A stretch of DNA of 64,000 bases from Hormiphora californensis. Taxonomy: Eukaryota > Animalia > Ctenophora. Of this stretch, positions 57,673 through 64,000 are shown piece by piece. The stretch's first letter is position 1. Each line of letters starts with the position of its first letter. The position numbers and the translations under genes were made by a program. The DNA lies in the NCBI GenBank assembly GCA_020137815.1, contig CM035362.1:992001-1056000 (forward strand). Reading direction: 5' to 3'. The notes under the pieces are model-generated. The model worked only from the letters and a program-made list of their open reading frames with translations. It was not told the DNA's origin and did no database searches.

Positions 57673-60600
57673 CTTTTTTATAGGTTTGGAGTCATGTCTC
57701 GTTTAGTGAGGCGGCTGGGCGGGTAATGTTAGTCGGCACCTCCCTCTAATTTGTTACTTTTCAACCGAACGGTTTTTTTTTTTGGAAGAACATTGTTATC
57801 GATATAGAAAGGTCACGTACCTGAATTTGAAAATTCCGCAATCCGTACCTTTTTAAGTTGGCCAACGTTGGAAGTACAGCTCAATTTACCGTAAATTGAG
57901 GTTTGGCAGTTGACTGTTATAGTTGTTGCGTTGATTGTGGTCTATAACAACAAGACTATGATTTGTTATTTTCTATCCATAAAAGTTGGAAAACAAATCT
58001 GTGTTCAAATTGCCCGTCTGTTTTTAAATTGTCAACAATTTAGCCAAATCCAATCTAAATAGACGATTCCCTTCGTCAATTACGCTTGACACACATGTAC
58101 ACAAATACACTCTCTTTTTCCCACTTCTGTAATTTTCCTACATCATTTTGCCTTTAGTTTTTCCGCCATCCTCTCTCGTTCTTCATTCTTCCTCCCTTCC
58201 TCTCTCTCCAATATCTCTTTTCGCCATCTCGCCTTGCTCTCTCTAGCCTTTCACGAGGATTTCTCCTCTCTCTCTATCTCTCTCTCTCTCTCTCCTCATC
58301 TCTCTCTCTCTCTCTCTCTACTTTCCTCCCTCAGACAGTCATTATAAAATCTTGTGATAGTGATTGGGCAAGGTCCCAAATAATCGAAGGGGGGGGGGGA
58401 TTTATGAATTGTGTAAATGAAAGAGTACGAGATGAGAGAATAGATAGACATTGGAGAGAATGAGAGAGAAAAAACAGCAAAAAAGTCTCCCCACGATCAA
58501 AAAAAGAATCTTACTGTTTTGCGCTGTTTGTGATTCTGTTCCTTTGGCCTCCATGCAACCTATCTCGCGCGCGGACGCGATCTTACTCAGGTATCATGTG
58601 GCTCAACTTTGTTCCTCCTGTCTCGTTGCTTTAGTTTTAATTTATTAGTGTGTATAGTTGACTCTTTTGTAATCTCTACACTGACATGAAAATTCAACTA
58701 ATGCGGAGATAAGGCCGCGTTTAGCTGAGAGAGGGGATTTGGTTGTCGGATAGAGAGATGCAGATTGAGACAGTAAGAGAGTGAGAGAGAGAGGGTAGAG
58801 AGACGATGAGAGAGAGAGAGAGGAGATGACGATGAGATGAGGAGAGAGAGAGAGAGTGGGAGGATTTTTTAGGGGGGGATGAGGAGAGGAGAGAGGAGAA
58901 GAAGAGAGAGAGAGAGAGAGATGAGAGAAGAGGAGATTGTATTGAGAGAGAGATGAGAGAGAGATGATGTATGGAGAGAGAGAGAGATGATGTTACTATA
59001 AATTCTGGTGAGATGAGTCCATATGCGGAATTATAGAAGACAGGAGGGGGGTGCCGTATCTGGAATAGTTTGCATGTAATGTACCTCCATTTCCATCTAG
59101 TTCTATGAGAGGGAGAGGGAGAGAGTGAGACTAAGAGAGGAAGATAGAAAGAAAGATAGAAAGATGGAGAGAGAATTATGGTACTAGCCGGACCATCATT
59201 GAGATAGTGGAACTACTGTGTGTGGTACTTCCGGGTATGATGTGCTGCTTTTTCTCTCAGTTTAACTGTTATGTTTGAATCGTTCATAATTTCCGGAGCA
59301 CCGACACAGTCTCAAGCGACTCAACTTGTGAGTACGGGGATGTGGCGGATGGAATTTGATTGAAGGGGGGTTTGGGTAGTTCCATCCGATTTGCCACAAA
59401 CAAACAGGGAAACCCATTTGTTTTCCAGTGATTTTCGCAACTCGCCTACTCGCCCAGCATAAGACCTTTGAGAAGTATAACGATTAAAGGATTAATAGTG
59501 TCATTGTGGAAAATTCGACTGATTTGACGCGTCAAATCATATTAGTGGAGTTTTTCCTAATCGTCATGACATTGTAGTGCCTTGAGATAATCGTTTCCGC
59601 GGTGGACAGGCCGATGTATACTATGGTGATAGGTAATGTCGAGCTTTTTAACGGATTCTACTACTCGGAAAGTAAATGAAGTAATCACATTAATGAGCTA
59701 GTTGAAAATTGGAAGAGTTTTAACTTTTAGAGACAGAGATCGGAGACATAGGAACAGAGAGTGAGAGATCAGGGACAGAGAGAGACACAGGAACTGAGAG
59801 GCCGAGGGACATAGGGACTCACTAGAGGGACATATAAGGAACTGAGAGGAACATTATATGAACAGAGAGAGATAGGAAGAGGGAGGTGTTATACGCCAGA
59901 TCACTTGGGCTAATGTACACTAAGTACTCGCTATAATGTAGCTCCTTCTACACCTTCTTAGAAGGTCCTTCTATCTAACTATCTTTCTCTACTTCTATCT
60001 TTCTCTCCTTCTATCTTTCTCTCCTTCCATCTTTCTCTCCTTCTAATTTCCCTCGGCCTCACTCCCCTTCTACGTCCAAGATTTTTCCTTTACCTTCTCT
60101 CCTCTATCTTCTCTCCTTCTATCTTTCCCTCAAGCCTCCTTTCTATCTGTCTTTTACTCTCCGTCTATTTTTCTCTCCTTCTATCTCCCCAAGGCCTCTC
60201 TATCTTCTCTCCTTTCTGTATGCTTTCCTCCCTTTTTGTACAGAGATAATGTTCTTCTAGAAGCTGGCGAAGACTTATAACCTCTAACAAACACTACGTC
60301 TTTACTGGTTTGTACAGCTGTTGAGTGTTGGTTATACTGGTTCTATTAGTGTGTGTTGTGTGGGAACATCACATGAACAATGCTATATCAACTGTAAAGC
60401 AGAGGGAAATCAAATATTTACAGCAGGTCGTTGTACAATGCATTTACAGAGCGTCATCTAATTTGTTTTGCTCGTGCATTTTACCCTTTTTCCCTTGTGT
60501 TCTTCAAAAAAGGGGGGCCGGGGAAAAAAAAAAATATAGCGTGAACGAATTACAGAAACGCATCATCGCACAAGCTATAATGTCGTATCTTCTCAGTAGC

Positions 60601-60910
60601 TTCTTGCAGGCCAATTAACGAAGGAAAACGGCCTCCGTGTAGCTAATTTGCCATACCTTATCCCTGAAGTCGCGTGAATCTCTTTTATAATTGACGCATC
60701 ATACATTTGTGCGCGATATACGCGTAATCGATGCAAATGTAAAAAATGAAATTAATATTAAATTATGTCTGATTTTCATAAGGATCCGATTCATGAACGT
60801 TTTCGCCATTAAACCGGGATATTTTGCAGCAGATGAAGTACAATGAGATCGCTCATTTAATGGCTCCTCTCTCTAATATACACATACAAACATTCAAGAT
60901 CTCTCCATAT

Positions 60911-60943
60911 TCTCCCTCTTCTCTCTCTCTCTCTCTCTCTCCT

Positions 60944-60978
<35 letters not shown>

Positions 60979-60981
60979 ATC

Positions 60982-61013
<32 letters not shown>

Positions 61014-61075
61014 CCTCTCTCTCCTCTCTGATCTCTCTCTCTCTTCTCTCTCTCTCTCTCTCTATCTATTCTATC

Positions 61076-61108
<33 letters not shown>

Positions 61109-61180
61109 TCTCTCTCCTCTCTCTCTCGCTCTCTCTCCTCTCTCCTCTCTCCTCTCCTCTCTCTCTCCTTTTATCTCTCC
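60911..61180. repeat. Imperfect (CT)n tract
   Basis: Direct reading. Confidence 0.9.
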
Positions 61181-62578
61181 CATTCTATATCTGTCATGAC
61201 ATCTTGTGACATTTTGATCTCCCGCTCTCTCGATCAGAGAGTTGTGTTATATTTGGTCAAATGACCGTCATTAGTAGCATGTAATTGCATGGTAATTGGA
61301 ACGTCGTCAGTACCACGTGGTCACGTGCTAGTGTGATCTTCCTAGGAGCGATGTGTGTATTATGTTTAATAAGACGTGGGGAGACATGTTTTCATGTGAA
61401 GTTAGAAACTAGATTTTGGACTACAGAATGTTTATTGACCTATAAAACATAACATGCATAATGCAATTCCAATTTAATGTATTTATTATTTTATTAACTC
61501 TATATAAAAGGTATATTGTATGCTTAATCATCAGTAACGGCCTGATCGATGGAACTGGACAAGTGCCAGTGATGATATAGACCTGTGATGAGACAAATAA
61601 ATATAAAGCTACTACTTCTGATTAAAACATAATTATCAGTTAGATCATGCATCATAGGTACTGTTCTGCAAGTATGTTATTATACTAGTGCTACGTATAT
61701 AACTGTTGCTCATAACTTGAATACGTAAAATGTGAATTGGTCCTATAATTTGATGTTTCATATGTTCCGTTCGTTCTAAAAACTTTAAACATCTGATTTG
61801 AAAAATTGAATTTACACCCGTCGTTTGAAGCGAACACGCATATGTGCACCTATTCCAGTATTCCACAGACTATGTACACTTTGCATTGGGAAAGGTGTGA
61901 TCATTTGTTGGGCTCTTAGTGAGGACTGAGGTGTGAATCACACTGGGATATGAGTTCTTGAGATGTGTAGGGTAGAGTGTAGTTAACACTTTGCCGTATA
62001 GTGAACCTTATGAATAGCTCTTAGAAATACGACATTTTCTTCGTTTTTTCTTCAAAATTCTTAAGCTTGCTTTGTTCGGCAAAGATTCATTAGAGACCGA
62101 GTTGTTTTTAAAATGCGTGATGATTTTTTGATTAGAGCGATCCTTTCATTGCATTCATAAATATATTCATGATGGAGAAAAACTAACCACAAGACCTCAG
62201 CAAGCCTAATTGTATCCTATTGGTCGTTAAAATTTTCGTGGGGGAGTCAAGAATTCTTAACTGTCATGTGTATCGGCTGATTGTCGGGCGATTTTGCAAT
62301 TTGTACAGACGAACACACAATTAATGCCTTCCGATTCCGCTTCTATACTCCTGTCTCTCTCTCTCTGTCTCTCTCTGCATCTCTATGTCTCCCTCTGTCT
62401 CTCTCTGTGTGTCTCACTATGTTTCTCTCTCTCCCAACTGGTAGCTTCCTAGTCTCTTTCCCTGTCTCTTCCCCTGTCTCTTCCCAACACTATTACATTA
62501 ACATGGGCCGTTCGATAAAGCGCTATTTTTGAAATCGGTCTATCCTCTCAGACATCATTATCTCTCTACCTCTCTCTT

Positions 62579-62629
<51 letters not shown>

Positions 62630-62630
62630 T

Positions 62631-62684
<54 letters not shown>

Positions 62685-62747
62685 CCTCTTTCTCTTCATC
62701 GTTTCATAGTTCTCTCTCCATATTTTCCAATTTCTTTCCAGTATTGC

Positions 62748-62942
62748 CTATAGTTTCTCTCTATCCTCTCCCCCGATGCCCCTACTGCTCCGGCCGGTTC
62801 CACCCTGTTTCCGCACTGCTTCGAAGGTTAAATCAATAGTACTATTTGCATTCTGCGTGAGAATTGTTTGCACGTCATCTATCGACAAGGGAGTTAGGAT
62901 ATTTTGTGTTGACATTTCCATTTTGTGGTCCTTTTTAACGTC
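62748..62942 (-). CDS. Possible coding exon or short ORF ([23 protein letters not shown]...)
   Basis: CAG acceptor near 62943 followed by an open, protein-like frame. No homology recognised. Confidence 0.25.
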   Translation of the reverse strand, partial: DVKKDHKMEMSTQNILTPLSIDDVQTILTQNANSTIDLTFEAVRKQGGTGRSSRGIGGEDREKL

Positions 62943-63258
62943 CTGTGAGTTCCACAGATTTCGAAATATATAATCCAACCCTTCCTTTAGTATGACAGAG
63001 AAATGATATGAGGACAAACCAGTCCAAGGTCTGCTAATCCAATTAATACCAGGTAAGCTATACTTGTTGATAATTCACATCATCTAGCTGTCGTTAATGT
63101 TGTCCTCTTGTAGGGACGTTTGAATAGCCTATTATAGAGTGTAGACTTTAGACACACAATATCCATCACCCGATCACGCATTGATCAATGAACCTAATCA
63201 TTAGCCTACAAGATATGAAGGCACTTGATCGTTAATCATTATTCATTTATTCATATTC

Positions 63259-63324
<66 letters not shown>

Positions 63325-64000
63325 TTTCTCTCTTTTACACGTCATTCATGCTGCGGCCAACATTCTTTTGAGCCAAGAAAATTTCCGATTAGCTATATAA
63401 CATGCGAACAAGAAAATATAACCGCGATAGAGATGAAGAGAGAAAAAGAGATGGAAAATATTATTATTGAGAAAGAACAGATGGAAAATAGAATAGTACG
63501 TTATGGCGTGGTTTCACACCTTTCCAGACCACATCATAGCTCCATGTATTATAAATTACCTAATTTGATAGGGACATAATAAATGGGCCGCATTTATTAT
63601 GGCTTCATTTTACTAAAATATCCTTCTATAAAGTAGGCATAGCATTTTTTATACTCAACAACTAAATATAGGTTCACGAGAGGTTTCGAATGCGTTAGAA
63701 CGGTCCTTGTTGTTGACCCCTTACTCAACAAATAGGTCCTTATTTGTCTTATAAACAATCTAACGAATATCTCTATTATTATTATGTGCAGCTATATACA
63801 ATATGCATCATTATTCAGTTTGTTGGTGTTATACTCGAGTACTGATCGAGTCTCACTATTCCCTACTATCATTATCATATATGAGATTGATCTAAAAGTT
63901 TAGTACTGCTCGTGGAAGACACTCTGGCGTCCATTGTTTATTCCTTTATCTTGAAACAATTTTGTAATTCTTTTCACATGTAAACCGTTATTATTTTCCC

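Overview
Gene-dense eukaryotic (animal) genomic DNA with many short GT-AG introns, microsatellites and non-autonomous transposons. The compact introns, intron-nested genes and GPCR style suggest a ctenophore-like early-branching metazoan (inference). Manually spliced genes: HSP60 (+, 5'-partial), TMEM67 (-), LAMTOR4 (-), PYM1 (-), NKAPD1 (-), a tectonin beta-propeller protein (-) with an antisense rhodopsin-type GPCR in one intron, a PLXDC-like receptor (+), a divergent TSC22D-like gene (-), an intronless ADIPOR/PAQR gene (-) and several orphan ORFs. The main finding is a four-level nested locus. The whole five-exon PYM1 gene lies on the same strand inside the 8.9-kb last intron of LAMTOR4. 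PYM1 intron 3 is filled by a 34-bp satellite, which is itself interrupted by an intact miniature LTR retrotransposon (TRIM) and a foldback MITE. Parts of the window (about 35.0-36.3 kb and 46.5-47.8 kb, plus scattered homopolymer indels) look like unpolished long-read sequence. All gene names come from recalled family motifs, not from database searches.
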